Shown piece after piece: positions 10,084 through 20,763 of a stretch of DNA of 32,000 bases. The translations under genes were made by a program, and so were the position numbers. The stretch is from Prochlorococcus marinus subsp. pastoris str. CCMP1986. Its GTDB lineage: Bacteria > Cyanobacteriota > Cyanobacteriia > PCC-6307 > Cyanobiaceae. How positions within the stretch are numbered: position 1 is the stretch's first letter; every line of letters starts with the position of its first letter. The stretch spans positions 1,050,001 to 1,082,000 of the forward strand of contig NC_005072.1 of the NCBI RefSeq assembly GCF_000011465.1, in the 5' to 3' direction. A model generated the notes under the pieces. That model worked only from the letters and a program-made list of their open reading frames with translations. It had not been told where the DNA came from and did no database searches.

Positions 10084-10586
10084 ATTATAAAAGCTATTAG
10101 TTCACCTATAATCATTAATATAGACATGTATGTTAGTAGTTTATATGTCCATAAGGGTGAAATGTATGATAATTTATCGATATTTAACTTTGTCTTTTCC
10201 TCAATTATAGATACAAACCTTTCAAAATTTTCAACCCTTTGCGGAACAAGAAAACTTTCATTTTTATTACTAATGAAATAATGTATATTACTTCCTTGGC
10301 TGGTTGGCAAAGATTTAATTAATTTAATATCTTTCCAAAAAATTTCCCAATTTTTTTTTCCAAAAATTTTAGAAATAAAGCTTGTTTTATAAGAAATTTT
10401 TTTATCACAGGTATCCACATAATCATTTGTAATATTGATAATCAAAAGTAACCCAAAGAAAAAAGTAATTATTGAGAATATTTTTAATTTTTCACTTGAA
10501 ATAAACGGGATAGGACATGTAAGCGCTAAATACAATGAAATCAAAGAACTTTTAACAAAAAAAAGAGTTTTGAACTTTTCTACCAT
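10080..10586 (-). CDS. Hypothetical membrane protein
   Basis: 168 aa with two hydrophobic N-terminal segments and one near the C-terminus; ORF track. Confidence 0.6.
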   Translation of the reverse strand: MVEKFKTLFFVKSSLISLYLALTCPIPFISSEKLKIFSIITFFFGLLLIINITNDYVDTCDKKISYKTSFISKIFGKKNWEIFWKDIKLIKSLPTSQGSNIHYFISNKNESFLVPQRVENFERFVSIIEEKTKLNIDKLSYISPLWTYKLLTYMSILMIIGELIAFII

Positions 10587-10598
10587 CTGATTGATCTT

Positions 10599-12200
10599 TT
10601 AGTCTGGTAAATTAAAACTATTTATATTTAATTTAGATCCTATTTTATGAGCGCAAGCATAACCACTAAAAGCAACTGCATTAAGACCTTGTCCTGGAAA
10701 ACATGAATCTCCAACGCAATAAAGGTTTTTAATTTTTGTAGTATTGAATGGCATAGGAAGTAATCCAAGCAATTTTTTATTAGGAATTGGTCCATAACTG
10801 CCTTGGAATCTACCAAGAAATTTTCTATGAGTTCTTGGAGTTCCTATCTCTTTATGATCAATATTTTGATCTAAGTTAGGAATTATTTTAGAAATTTTTT
10901 CTATAAGGAATGAATAATAAACTTGCTTCTTTTTAAGATAATCTTCTCGTGAGAGGTCTTCCCATTCTTCGATTGATGAAGGAGTAAATGCATGGATAAT
11001 ATGTTTACCTTCTGGAGCCAAGGACGGATCTAGTATTGTAGGTATGGAAATGAAAATCACCCCTTTTTCATTCTCTAATTCATCCCAATTCTCAACAATT
11101 ATATGATGACAATTAAAGTCTTTATTTATTAAATCTTTTGTAACTCCAAGATGAATTGAGACGAAAGAGGGAGAAGGCTTATAAGTTTCAGACCACTTAT
11201 TTTCACTTTTTGGTACTTGATCACTTTTAATTAAACCTTTTTTAAGATTATCAAGCCCAAAAGTATCCCATCTTGTGGAATTGGATACAACAATATTCGT
11301 GTAAATTTCTTCTCCATTTAATAGCTTTACTCCTACTGCCTTTCCATCTTTTAATAGTATTTCAGTCACATTAGCTCTGTAACGAATTTTACTTCCAAGT
11401 CTTTCTAACCCAGAAACTAATTTTTCTGCAATCTTGCCAACTCCACCTTTTGGATAATTAATTCCTCCAGCATGTCTATCAGTAAAAACCATTCCAGCAT
11501 TGATCATAGGAGTTTTAAGGGCTGGCATTACTGACCAACAAAAACACTCAATATCAATAAATTTTAAAAGTTCAGGATCCTTAATAAACTTTCTAGCAAC
11601 ATCTCCTGCATTTATTGGAAGCCATCTAGCCAAACCTAAGCAAGATAATGGCGCCTTAAAGAATACCTTAAAAAGATAACTAGGATCCTCTATTGATAAG
11701 AGAGGGATGGAATCTAAACAATTAAAAACCTTTTTACATGTTCCATAAAATTTGTTTATGCCCTCCTTCTCATGAGGAAAACGTGCTGATAAGGTACTGA
11801 TAAATTTTTGATAACTTTTATCTACAGAAATACTAAGTTTATTTGGGAGATGATATTCAAGTTGAACTGGATCGGGAATAGTTTCACATTTCTCATTTAC
11901 ATCTTTCAGGGCACGAGTTAACAAATTTGTATAACCTTTCTCTCCAAACCCAAAAATCATTGAAGCGCCTACATCGAAAGTATAACCATTTCTTTTAAAT
12001 GAACCTCCACTTCCCCCTGGAATAATATATTTTTCAAGCACTAGGACTTTGGCTCCTTTAGCAGCTAATTGTGATGCTGTTACTAAACCTCCTATACCTG
12101 AACCAACAATAATTGCATCGAAATTTTCTTTATTTAATTTCATTTTTGATTTCATTTTAATTAATCTCAACAAGTAATTGATCATTTTTAAAAGATGCAT
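10599..12200 (-). CDS. crtH: CrtH-like prolycopene/carotene cis-trans isomerase (likely true start 12143-12155)
   Basis: FAD-binding [59 protein letters not shown]; [18 protein letters not shown]-terminus. Confidence 0.88.
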   Translation of the reverse strand: MHLLKMINYLLRLIKMKSKMKLNKENFDAIIVGSGIGGLVTASQLAAKGAKVLVLEKYIIPGGSGGSFKRNGYTFDVGASMIFGFGEKGYTNLLTRALKDVNEKCETIPDPVQLEYHLPNKLSISVDKSYQKFISTLSARFPHEKEGINKFYGTCKKVFNCLDSIPLLSIEDPSYLFKVFFKAPLSCLGLARWLPINAGDVARKFIKDPELLKFIDIECFCWSVMPALKTPMINAGMVFTDRHAGGINYPKGGVGKIAEKLVSGLERLGSKIRYRANVTEILLKDGKAVGVKLLNGEEIYTNIVVSNSTRWDTFGLDNLKKGLIKSDQVPKSENKWSETYKPSPSFVSIHLGVTKDLINKDFNCHHIIVENWDELENEKGVIFISIPTILDPSLAPEGKHIIHAFTPSSIEEWEDLSREDYLKKKQVYYSFLIEKISKIIPNLDQNIDHKEIGTPRTHRKFLGRFQGSYGPIPNKKLLGLLPMPFNTTKIKNLYCVGDSCFPGQGLNAVAFSGYACAHKIGSKLNINSFNLPD

Positions 12201-13569
12201 CTAATACTTTTTTAAATACTTGCAATTCCTTTAGTGACCTTTCTTGATATGCCTTATATCTTAATTTTTTATCTTTTATTTTATTAGTTAATTCTGGAAC
12301 TAAACCAAATGAAGCAGGCATTGGTTGAAATTTATTTTTTTTCTGATTGGACATGATTTCATTTCTATTACTAATGAAGTTCATTAGAGACCCAATCATT
12401 GATTCGTTAGGAAAAGTCACTAGATTTTTATTTTTGGCTAATAATGAAGCGTTTATTCCAGCCAACAAACCTCCAGCAGCAGCTGCTGCATATCCCTCTG
12501 TACCTGTTATTTGACCAGCGGCAAAAAGAGTTTCTCTTTTCAAAAATTGAAGTGTTGGTAGAAGTAATTTAGGGGATTCTAAAAATGTATTTCTATGCAT
12601 TACTCCAAAACGTACAAACTCAGCTTTTTCTAGGCCTGGTATCATCCTAAATATTCTTTTTTGCTCTGACCATTTCAGATTAGTTTGAAAACCAACCATG
12701 TTTAGTAATTTACCTTCAAGATCCTCTTTTCTTAATTGAACAATTGCATGAGGTCTTTTTTTTAATCTATTTTCCCTATCAAATAAATCCCCCCAATTTG
12801 GATTCCATAAGCCAATAGATTTCAAAGGTCCATATCTCATCGTTTCAATACCCCTTCTAGCTATTTCCTCTATTGGTAAACAAGCTTCAAAAAAATTTGC
12901 AGATTCTTTATCGAAATCTTTTAAAGAAGCTTGTTCTCCATTTATCAATGCATTTCTAAAATTAAAATAATCCAATTTATTAATTGGACAATTTAAATAT
13001 GCAGGATCTCCTTTATCGTATCTACTTGCCTTAAAAACAATTTCATGATTTATACTATCCCCATAAATAATTGGACTTGCTGCATCAAAAAAATGACAAG
13101 AATCAATACCTGTAAATTTTTTAATCTTAGTAGCTAGTTCATCAGATGTTAATGGTCCTGTTGCCAGTACAGTAATATTTTTTTTATTTGGAAGATCAAG
13201 TTGCTCAAATCTGCTTATTTCCACGAAAGGATGAGCAGATAATGTTTGTGTTAATGATTTACTAAATTTTGATCTGTCAACAGCTAAAGCGCCACCAGCG
13301 GGCACAGAAAATTTATCAGCTGTTTGAATTATCAATGAATTAAAAGTCCTCAATTCTTCTTGTAGTAAACCTGCTGCCCTATCTGCGCTCAAAGCTCCAA
13401 AACTGTTACTACAAACTAGTTCTGCAAATTCACTCGTATGATGGGCTGGAGTTGAATTAAGGGGCCTCATTTCTACAAGTTTTACTGCTATCCCAGAATT
13501 AGCTATTTGCCAGGCAGCTTCACAGCCCGCTAGTCCTGCTCCTATTACAATTACTTGTTTATCTATCAA
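12157..13569 (-). CDS. trmFO: Methylenetetrahydrofolate-tRNA (uracil-5-)-methyltransferase TrmFO
   Basis: [52 protein letters not shown]...; [26 protein letters not shown]. Confidence 0.96.
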   Translation of the reverse strand: MIDKQVIVIGAGLAGCEAAWQIANSGIAVKLVEMRPLNSTPAHHTSEFAELVCSNSFGALSADRAAGLLQEELRTFNSLIIQTADKFSVPAGGALAVDRSKFSKSLTQTLSAHPFVEISRFEQLDLPNKKNITVLATGPLTSDELATKIKKFTGIDSCHFFDAASPIIYGDSINHEIVFKASRYDKGDPAYLNCPINKLDYFNFRNALINGEQASLKDFDKESANFFEACLPIEEIARRGIETMRYGPLKSIGLWNPNWGDLFDRENRLKKRPHAIVQLRKEDLEGKLLNMVGFQTNLKWSEQKRIFRMIPGLEKAEFVRFGVMHRNTFLESPKLLLPTLQFLKRETLFAAGQITGTEGYAAAAAGGLLAGINASLLAKNKNLVTFPNESMIGSLMNFISNRNEIMSNQKKNKFQPMPASFGLVPELTNKIKDKKLRYKAYQERSLKELQVFKKVLDASFKNDQLLVEIN

Positions 13570-13575
13570 ATCGAA

Positions 13576-13692
13576 TTAGTCCTTTCCCAAAAAGTCTCTG
13601 TTAAATTGTTCTCTGGCAGGTTTTTGGATGTTAAAGACAACCCAAGCTAATGCGGCAATAATTGGTGCGAAAACTACAATTGCTCTTAACAT
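13576..13692 (-). CDS. psbY: Photosystem II protein PsbY
   Basis: Hand-translated from minus strand: [38 protein letters not shown]; 38 aa, PsbY-like single TM; missing from ORF track because of length. Confidence 0.85.
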
Positions 13693-13866
13693 TTTAAATA
13701 TTCAATAATTCATATACTACTTTACCTATCATCTACAAATAAAGAGAGTATTTTTAATTTTTATATCATAAGTTAAGAATTGTATTTCAATTGTTCAACT
13801 TAGGATATTAAGTTGTTTTTTTTACCTTTAGAAGGGATAATTTCATATGTACTCAATTTTACAACT

Positions 13867-13938
13867 GGGTCGCTAGCTCAGCGGTAGAGCATCCGGCTTT
13901 TAACCGGCTGGTCCTGAGTTCGAATCTCAGGCGACCCA
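13867..13938 (+). tRNA. tRNA-Lys (anticodon TTT)
   Basis: GGGTCGC...GCGACCC acceptor stem, D-arm GCTC/GAGC, loop CTTTTAA, T-arm CTGAGTTCGAATCTCAG. Confidence 0.95.
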
Positions 13939-14500
13939 CATTTAAAAATTGAGTCTGTATTAATAGTCCAAATGAATTTTAAAGGTTACATATTTGGTTG
14001 AATTATAAATAAAAACATTCTCAAGTTTATGCGGCTATATCTAATTGATTGGTCATTTCAATAAGAACAAAAATCAGCTATTACCTACAAATTAATTCGG
14101 TCAATATCAGTAATGAAGGGAAGTAAAATAAATAATTGGACGGATTTATATTAAAATAAACATTTAAGATCCTGCAAAACGTTTGAGGGGAATTACTTGT
14201 AGATATAAAGATATAGAAAAGATGTAGCTGTAGTATTTAAAGTTTTCAATACCTGAAAAAATTTTTTTAATATTACTTTTTACTTCAAACCAGTATAAAA
14301 AAAACGAAGAACTTGCTTCTTTACTTAAGTGGAAATTATTTGAGGTTAAGCATGAAAATAATATACATTTATGTATCAAATATGTCTTTTATTCATACAA
14401 AGCCCGAATTTACCTGGAATTTCTAGTTAAAATCTTCAAATAATTTACAAACCTTCATATATCCTGTTACACTATTTAATATAAAAACACTTTAATTATC

Positions 14501-14608
14501 ATGACTCCTGAAGCAGAACGTTTTAATGGTTGGGCAGCAATGTTAGGTTTCGTAGCAGCTGTTGGTGCTTATGTAACTACTGGTCAAATCATTCCAGGTT
14601 GGTTCTAA
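14501..14608 (+). CDS. hli: High-light-inducible (Hli/HLIP) family protein, short
   Basis: Hand-translated: MTPEAERFNGWAAMLGFVAAVGAYVTTGQIIPGWF*; ExxxRxNGxxAMxGF chlorophyll-binding motif. Confidence 0.85.
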   Translation: MTPEAERFNGWAAMLGFVAAVGAYVTTGQIIPGWF

Positions 14609-15000
14609 ATCTTAACGATTTAGGATTGAAAGTATTGGCACGTTGTTCTACTATTTTCTTTAAATTTAAATTATTTATTTCTGATAATAAATTCTTCATT
14701 AATATATAAATTTATTCCAGATTATATTAGTCCTTCTTATTTAAGTAAGGGCTTTTTTTCAATTTTGTCTAAGCAACTTGAACAAAGCAAATGTCCCTTT
14801 TTAGTCCAAAATGACTTAGTTGATCTTTCAATATCTTTTCTGCAAATTAGACATTTAAATATGGGGGCCATTGAAATTAATTCTTCGTATTTTCAATCAT
14901 TCAATTAAAATTTAAGCTTTTTAATAAAATCTAGTTGATTTATTTTATTAATCGACAATAAATTGTTTTTAAATATCTAATAGTAGTATTTTTAACAATA

Positions 15001-15035
15001 AAAAAGATCTGCAATAAAGCAGATCTTTCTTTGTA
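15001..15035 (-). terminator. Rho-independent terminator candidate of porin copy 1
   Basis: aaaaagatctgc-aataaa-gcagatcttt: 8-bp perfect stem AGATCTGC/GCAGATCT with poly-U on the minus strand. Confidence 0.75.
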
Positions 15036-15057
15036 TGTAAGATTTTCTAATTAATAA

Positions 15058-16188
15058 TTAGAAAGAGAATGAAGTTTTAACAGCTACTCCTGTTAAATCA
15101 TCACCAGCTGTCTCCTCGATAAATATACCAGGTGTAATAGTCATGGCATCATTTACTGGATAAGAGTAAGACGCTTCATATATAAGATACTCAGTTACAC
15201 TGTCAGCAAAAAGTCCAGTAGTTGCTGCACCAACGTTTACTGAACCAGGGCCAACTTCTGAGAAGCTTAGACCAACGAAGTATCCAGAACTATCAGTTCC
15301 GCCTGTTTCTGAAGTTTCATAACCAACACTTAGGCTTGCTAAATCAAAAGTGTAGAAACCGTTAAGACCCCATGTTGTTGTCTCAGCGCCTGTTCCACCA
15401 TCATCAATAGCATATCCAACAGCTACTCCGTAACTGTCTGTTGAATAAGCAACATTAAGACCGTATAAGTCAGCATCATCACCTACGATTTCAGTTGTTG
15501 GGGATGATATTCCACCAGCTATTGAGAATCCAGAATCAAATGCATAACCTAAAGATGCTGCAACACCTTTACCACCAGCACCTATAGAGTTACCAGTACC
15601 ACAGTCGTCTAATGTTGTATCAGTGAATGCACTGTAAGTACAAGCTCCTGTGTATGTAGCACTAACGTCAGTTGCATCACCAACTACCATTGTTGCTCCA
15701 CCAACAGGGAATGAATAAGTAACACCATCAACAACTAAGGAAGTTCCAGTGTCGAAACCCATTTTTGCTCCAATAGGTGAAGCTGTTGCACTACCGTTGT
15801 CAATAGCTATGTCAAGTGAATCTTCACCTGTGAAACTTGTTGATAAACCAATATTGAATTGGAAGTCAAAACCTGTTTCTTCGCCTTGACCAGTAGTAGC
15901 AGATGCATTACCGTCGATAGCACCTAAAACAGCGTCAACGCTAAATGATGCTGTAGTTGTTTGTGAGAAGCCACCATCTGAGCTCCCACTATCAACTAAA
16001 CCTTCACCACCAGCAAGTAAAGAATTATTCTTTGGTTCATCATTTACAAATGCATTAGCGAGGTCAAGATGCTCTAGATTAGAGTATTTTGAGATATCGT
16101 TTAAGTTTGCCTCGCCAGCAAACGTTGAAAATGGAGCTAGTAGCCCAATCGTTGCTGGAGCTACCAACAAGCTTTTAAAAAGCTTCAT
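15058..16188 (-). CDS. Outer-membrane porin (Som-like), copy 1; start corrected to ATG at 16188
   Basis: Signal peptide MKLFKSLLVAPATIGLLAPFSTFA, acidic Gly/Asp-rich beta-barrel repeats, C-terminal ...GVAVKTSFSF ending in Phe. Confidence 0.85.
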   Translation of the reverse strand: MKLFKSLLVAPATIGLLAPFSTFAGEANLNDISKYSNLEHLDLANAFVNDEPKNNSLLAGGEGLVDSGSSDGGFSQTTTASFSVDAVLGAIDGNASATTGQGEETGFDFQFNIGLSTSFTGEDSLDIAIDNGSATASPIGAKMGFDTGTSLVVDGVTYSFPVGGATMVVGDATDVSATYTGACTYSAFTDTTLDDCGTGNSIGAGGKGVAASLGYAFDSGFSIAGGISSPTTEIVGDDADLYGLNVAYSTDSYGVAVGYAIDDGGTGAETTTWGLNGFYTFDLASLSVGYETSETGGTDSSGYFVGLSFSEVGPGSVNVGAATTGLFADSVTEYLIYEASYSYPVNDAMTITPGIFIEETAGDDLTGVAVKTSFSF

Positions 16189-16193
16189 AAAAA

Positions 16194-16203
16194 TCCTCAC
16201 ACA
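16194..16203 (-). promoter_or_regulatory. Candidate Yfr1 sRNA pairing site / RBS in 5' UTR of porin copy 1
   Basis: mRNA sense TGTGTGAGGA directly upstream of ATG; complementary to the conserved unpaired ACUCCUCACAC motif of cyanobacterial Yfr1. Confidence 0.6.
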
Positions 16204-16295
16204 ATTTGAGTAATTTAAAAATAATCTATTTGCCTAGAATTAACAACCACCAGTAGACAAAAAACGAGCTGGCCATTACTAAGAAGCACTTTGCT

Positions 16296-18137
16296 TTACG
16301 TAATCTTATCTCCAAGGATTTTATTGGTTTTAATAATTTCAATTGCAGGTTCCAAAAGTTCCTTATATTCTTTCCAAATCCCAATAGAAGAGGAATAAAA
16401 TTTCTTTCTTATTTGAGCGCTACTTGCAGTGTATACATTTCTCTTGTTTTGATGGGGTGAAAAATATATTTCGTCCCAATCCCAATCAAGCCAATTTATT
16501 ATCTCAGGTATAACATTATTAGGATTTTCAATTAAGTCCTCATAGTAATAATCATAAATATTTTCACCATATTTAATTTTATATTCCTTAATAGTTTCAA
16601 AATAGTGTAAGTATAAACTAGCAATATCAGGCAAAGAGAAAGAGAAAGACTGATTTAAAAAGTTTGCTCTGTATATGGATAAAATATTATCAAGAGGGTT
16701 TCTAATGCAATTTATTATTTTTGCATTAGGGAAAAAATTAGAAATAATGGGACAATACATATAATTAAATAAATTTTTGTCGGTGTAAATAAGAGATGAT
16801 TCAAATTGATTTATAATTTTTTTTTCGTATAAGTTATGAACATTCTCTAAATCTTTAGCTTCCTTGATAGATTCCTCTAAAAAGTTAACCTCACCCATAT
16901 CAGTTACTTTAGGATTTAAACTCAATATGTTTTCCAGTAAAGTGCTCCCAGACCTAGGCATGCCAACAATAAAGACATAATTAGAAGAATTTTTAAAATA
17001 TTTATTTTCTGTTTTTTTGATTTTTAGTGATTTATAAAATTCGGTATATTGAATTTTCAGACTTGAGTCAGATTTTTTAAACTTCATGACTTCGTCGTTG
17101 GCAATTTTAAGATATTTTGCACTTTCTTTAAATTTTCTTTGTTTATGAAGCAAATTTGAGATTGCAAAAGCTGCGTAGATCTTTGAATTTGGATCGAGAT
17201 TCTCTAGTTTTGTATTTAATAAAAAATTTAATTCATTTTTATGATTCTTAAAATCATAAATCCCAGATAATTCATAAAAACTATTAAAGTCAAATTTATT
17301 TCTCGAAATAATATATAAATTAGTCTCGATTGCAAGTTTAAGCTGGCCTGAATTTCTATAGAAACAAGCCAAGTTGGTGTAAAAAGGCATGTAATTAGGA
17401 GATAAATTTATTCCTTTTTTTAGTATTTGTATACTTTTACTTAATTGATTTTTTTCTTTATAAAGGATACTAAGATTTAAATAAGCCAACTCCAATCCTT
17501 TAAATTTATTTATTAACTTTAAAAGAATATTTTCTGCTTCTTTGAACTCTCTTTTCTTTATATGTGCCTTAGCTAAAAGAATATTTATTCTTATTTCTTT
17601 GCTATTATCATTTTTAGTTCTATTTTTATTATTTAGTTCCTCTAAAATATATATAGCACCATCAATATTGGATTTATTGATAAAAATCTCAGACTTTAAA
17701 AGTTTATAAATATCATTATTTATCGATAATTTAATAGCTTTATCTATATAAACCAAGGCATAATCAAAGTTTCTAAAGGCAAAGTACAAAAGAGAGAAAT
17801 TATAGAGCAAATCTCCATGATTAGGATCAATTTTTAATGCCTTTAAAAGTAATCTTTCTGCATCATTGAATTTATTCTCAATTTTTAATATTTCGGCTAA
17901 TAAAATATAAGGATTAATTGATGATGGGAATTTATTTATTAAATTGAGAAACACTCTTTTTGCTAAATTAAAATTTTTTAAATCCCTACAAAACAAACCA
18001 TAAGCGAATAGTAAATCAAAAGACTCATTATTTGATTTTAATAACGTTTGGAATATCTGATTTGCCTCTAAAGAATTTCCTGCTTTTTGTTTTATTTTTG
18101 CTTCTTCAATTTTTTTTAATAAGTCAATTTTTTTCAA
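16296..18137 (-). CDS. TPR-repeat sulfotransferase
   Basis: N-terminal TPR repeats (e.g. ALKIDPNHGDLLYNFSLLYFAFRNFDYALVYIDKAI) and sulfotransferase motif YVFIVGMPRSGSTLLENILSLNPKVTDMGE (PAPS 5'-phosphosulfate-binding loop). Confidence 0.92.
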   Translation of the reverse strand: MKKIDLLKKIEEAKIKQKAGNSLEANQIFQTLLKSNNESFDLLFAYGLFCRDLKNFNLAKRVFLNLINKFPSSINPYILLAEILKIENKFNDAERLLLKALKIDPNHGDLLYNFSLLYFAFRNFDYALVYIDKAIKLSINNDIYKLLKSEIFINKSNIDGAIYILEELNNKNRTKNDNSKEIRINILLAKAHIKKREFKEAENILLKLINKFKGLELAYLNLSILYKEKNQLSKSIQILKKGINLSPNYMPFYTNLACFYRNSGQLKLAIETNLYIISRNKFDFNSFYELSGIYDFKNHKNELNFLLNTKLENLDPNSKIYAAFAISNLLHKQRKFKESAKYLKIANDEVMKFKKSDSSLKIQYTEFYKSLKIKKTENKYFKNSSNYVFIVGMPRSGSTLLENILSLNPKVTDMGEVNFLEESIKEAKDLENVHNLYEKKIINQFESSLIYTDKNLFNYMYCPIISNFFPNAKIINCIRNPLDNILSIYRANFLNQSFSFSLPDIASLYLHYFETIKEYKIKYGENIYDYYYEDLIENPNNVIPEIINWLDWDWDEIYFSPHQNKRNVYTASSAQIRKKFYSSSIGIWKEYKELLEPAIEIIKTNKILGDKIT

Positions 18138-18212
18138 TATATTTTGTTTTCTAATAATTATAGTAACTGAAATTATGAAAAATAAAATTCACTAACTTGA
18201 GAATTTCCTCAC

Positions 18213-18250
18213 AAAAAAAAGACCTGCTGTTAAGCAGGCCTCTTTTTGTG
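18213..18250 (-). terminator. Rho-independent terminator candidate of porin copy 2
   Basis: aaaaaaaagacctgctgttaagcaggcctctttttgtg: GC-rich hairpin (cctgct/agcagg) with flanking A/T runs. Confidence 0.7.
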
Positions 18251-18273
18251 TGTAGTTTTTTCTATCTAAGTTA

Positions 18274-19407
18274 TTAGAAAGAGAATGAAGTTTTAACAGC
18301 TACTCCTGTTAAATCATCACCAGCTGTCTCCTCGATAAATATACCAGGTGTAATAGTCATGGCATCATTTACTGGATAAGAGTAAGACGCTTCATATATA
18401 AGATACTCAGTTACACTGTCAGCAAAAAGTCCAGTAGTTGCTGCACCAACGTTTACTGAACCAGGGCCAACTTCTGGGAAGGATAGACCAACGAAGTATC
18501 CAGAACTATCAGTTCCGCCTGTTTCTGAAGTTTCATAACCAACACTTAGGCTTGCTAAATCAAAAGTGTAGAAACCGTTAAGACCCCATGTTGTTGTCTC
18601 AGCGCCTGTTCCACCATCATCCATAGCATATCCAACAGCTACTCCGTAACTGTCTGTTGAATAAGCAACATTAAGACCGTATAAGTCAGCATCATCACCT
18701 ACGATTTCAGTTGTTGGGGATGATATTCCACCAGCTATTGAGAATCCAGAATCAAATGCATAACCTAAAGATGCTGCAACACCTTTACCACCAGCACCTA
18801 TAGAGTTACCAGTACCACAGTCGTCTAATGTTGTATCAGTGAATGCACTGTAAGTACAAGCTCCTGTGTATGTAGCACTAACGTCAGTTGCATCACCAAC
18901 TACCATTGTTGCTCCACCAACAGGGAATGAATAAGTAACACCATCAACAACTAAGGAAGTTCCAGTGTCGAAACCCATTTTTGCTCCAATAGGTGAAGCT
19001 GTTGCACTACCGTTGTCAATAGCTATGTCAAGTGAATCTTCACCTGTGAAACTTGTTGATAAACCAATATTGAATTGGAAGTCAAAACCTGTTTCTTCGC
19101 CTTGACCAGTAGTAGCAGATGCATTACCGTCGATAGCACCTAAAACAGCGTCAACGCTAAATGATGCAGTAGTTGTTTCTGAGAAACTACCAGCTTCAAA
19201 GTTGTTTAATCTTGCTTCTAATCCGTCTACACGGCTATTAGTAACTGCGAGTTCTTCTGCAGGATTAAATTCGCTAATGTTCCGAACTTCTTCTGATGAA
19301 GAGTAGCCAGATACATCTTTTAAATTAAGCTCATTAGCAGTAGCGGTCATTGGTGCTAAAAGACCAAGAGTTGCAGGTGCCACAAGCAAGCTTTTGAAAA
19401 GCTTCAT
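18274..19407 (-). CDS. Outer-membrane porin (Som-like), copy 2; start corrected to ATG at 19407
   Basis: Signal peptide MKLFKSLLVAPATLGLLAPMTATA, linker VTNSRVDGLEARLNNFE, beta-barrel nearly identical to copy 1. Confidence 0.87.
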   Translation of the reverse strand: MKLFKSLLVAPATLGLLAPMTATANELNLKDVSGYSSSEEVRNISEFNPAEELAVTNSRVDGLEARLNNFEAGSFSETTTASFSVDAVLGAIDGNASATTGQGEETGFDFQFNIGLSTSFTGEDSLDIAIDNGSATASPIGAKMGFDTGTSLVVDGVTYSFPVGGATMVVGDATDVSATYTGACTYSAFTDTTLDDCGTGNSIGAGGKGVAASLGYAFDSGFSIAGGISSPTTEIVGDDADLYGLNVAYSTDSYGVAVGYAMDDGGTGAETTTWGLNGFYTFDLASLSVGYETSETGGTDSSGYFVGLSFPEVGPGSVNVGAATTGLFADSVTEYLIYEASYSYPVNDAMTITPGIFIEETAGDDLTGVAVKTSFSF

Positions 19408-19412
19408 AAATT

Positions 19413-19422
19413 GCCTCACACA
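19413..19422 (-). promoter_or_regulatory. Candidate Yfr1 sRNA pairing site / RBS in 5' UTR of porin copy 2
   Basis: mRNA sense TGTGTGAGGC immediately upstream of ATG, same octamer GTGTGAGG as copy 1. Confidence 0.6.
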
Positions 19423-20173
19423 ATATTAGGGACACCTTAAGATACTGTATAACTGAGTATAATCACAAGTATCAAACGATACTTTTTCTATGATTTTTTA
19501 ATTTAAATCAAATATATTTTTGAATATATAAATCTTAAATAAATTAACAAGTCATAGCAGTGGTTTTTGAGGATAAAATTTAAACATTAATTTTATTGCA
19601 ACATGTTGTGCCGATATTATTTGTGTCCAATTAAAAAAGATTTGTTTTTTAAATAAGGGTTAAGCAAGCCAATTGATTTATTAAATCATGACAAAATTTC
19701 TGAATGAGAGGTTATGTTTAAGATCATGAAAGGTTTCGAATCCAAAAAGAAAATTCCAATTAAGACTTTACTATTTCAAAAGATGAATCCCTGATAGATG
19801 ATTTTGATAATCACACAAAAATATGTTGGAGTTCTTGGATCTTGATTGGAACTAAGATTTTAAAATTTTACTGAAACAGCCTTGAGAAGAGATAAAAAAA
19901 ATACCTCATTTTTCTATCATGTAGTACAAATTACTAATAAAACCTAAATAGTAAAATGGAGAAATTTCACTTAATAATACGTGGATTGTTATGTTTACCC
20001 AAAAAAGTGGGTTAATTATTTTGAATACAAAATTTAAAGAGCACATTAACGATTAAATATTTCTTAAAAATATAAACCGATCAGAAATTTAAGACTTTTA
20101 TTCACATAAAACTATTAATTTATTAAATTGGTTTATTTAAGGAAATATATTTCTTAGAAAATGATCTTTATAC

Positions 20174-20341
20174 TTAATTTTTTTTTCGGGAAATTTTATA
20201 GGTTACTTTTTGAGTCTTAAATTGCTTCTTCTTTTTATTCTCAAAGGCTCCCACATACCAACCAGAAGCTAACCTAGTATCAATTTCCTCATAAACCTTA
20301 TTCTCATTAAGTTTGCTAAGAGATTTTTTTATGTAATCCAT
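20174..20341 (-). CDS. Small hypothetical protein
   Basis: Hand-translated: MDYIKKSLSKLNENKVYEEIDTRLASGWYVGAFENKKKKQFKTQKVTYKISRKKN* (55 aa). Confidence 0.45.
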   Translation of the reverse strand: MDYIKKSLSKLNENKVYEEIDTRLASGWYVGAFENKKKKQFKTQKVTYKISRKKN

Positions 20342-20564
20342 TCATAAATACAATTCTTTTTATTATAGCAAATATATATTATGTAACTTTGATTTATAAT
20401 TGAAAAAATCCTCAAATAGATATTTTTCAAATAAAAGCAATTACTATATTGAAAAAATATAAAATCTTTAGAAAAAATGAAAAATAAACGAAAATCTCTC
20501 AATAAATAATGATTATAGCTATCTTAAATAAAATTTACACCTGAGGAGCACAAGGTAAAATGAC

Positions 20565-20702
20565 TCAAATAAATTTTTTTGTTAATTCTCTTCCAAGAGA
20601 TTTATCAGAATTCTCATTTTTCTTAATTATCGGTTTTACAGCAGGATCATTGGGATTAATATAATAATTCATTAATTCTATTAATTCTGAAGTTTTTTCC
20701 AT
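20565..20702 (-). CDS. Small hypothetical protein
   Basis: Hand-translated: MEKTSELIELMNYYINPNDPAVKPIIKKNENSDKSLGRELTKKFI* (45 aa). Confidence 0.45.
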   Translation of the reverse strand: MEKTSELIELMNYYINPNDPAVKPIIKKNENSDKSLGRELTKKFI

Positions 20703-20763
20703 TATTATAACGATTTAAAATTAGTAACAAACAAACAATCTTAACTTAATTCTTCTAAAAAAT

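Noticed and set aside
14164-14379. 71-aa minus-strand ORF
   Set aside because: No recognisable motif, low-complexity composition, in an intergenic region; not supported.
16186-16200. Upstream GTG start for porins (MRIFMKLFK / MRQFMKLFK)
   Set aside because: The GTG lies in the GTGTGAGG leader/RBS; the ATG immediately downstream begins a proper signal peptide.
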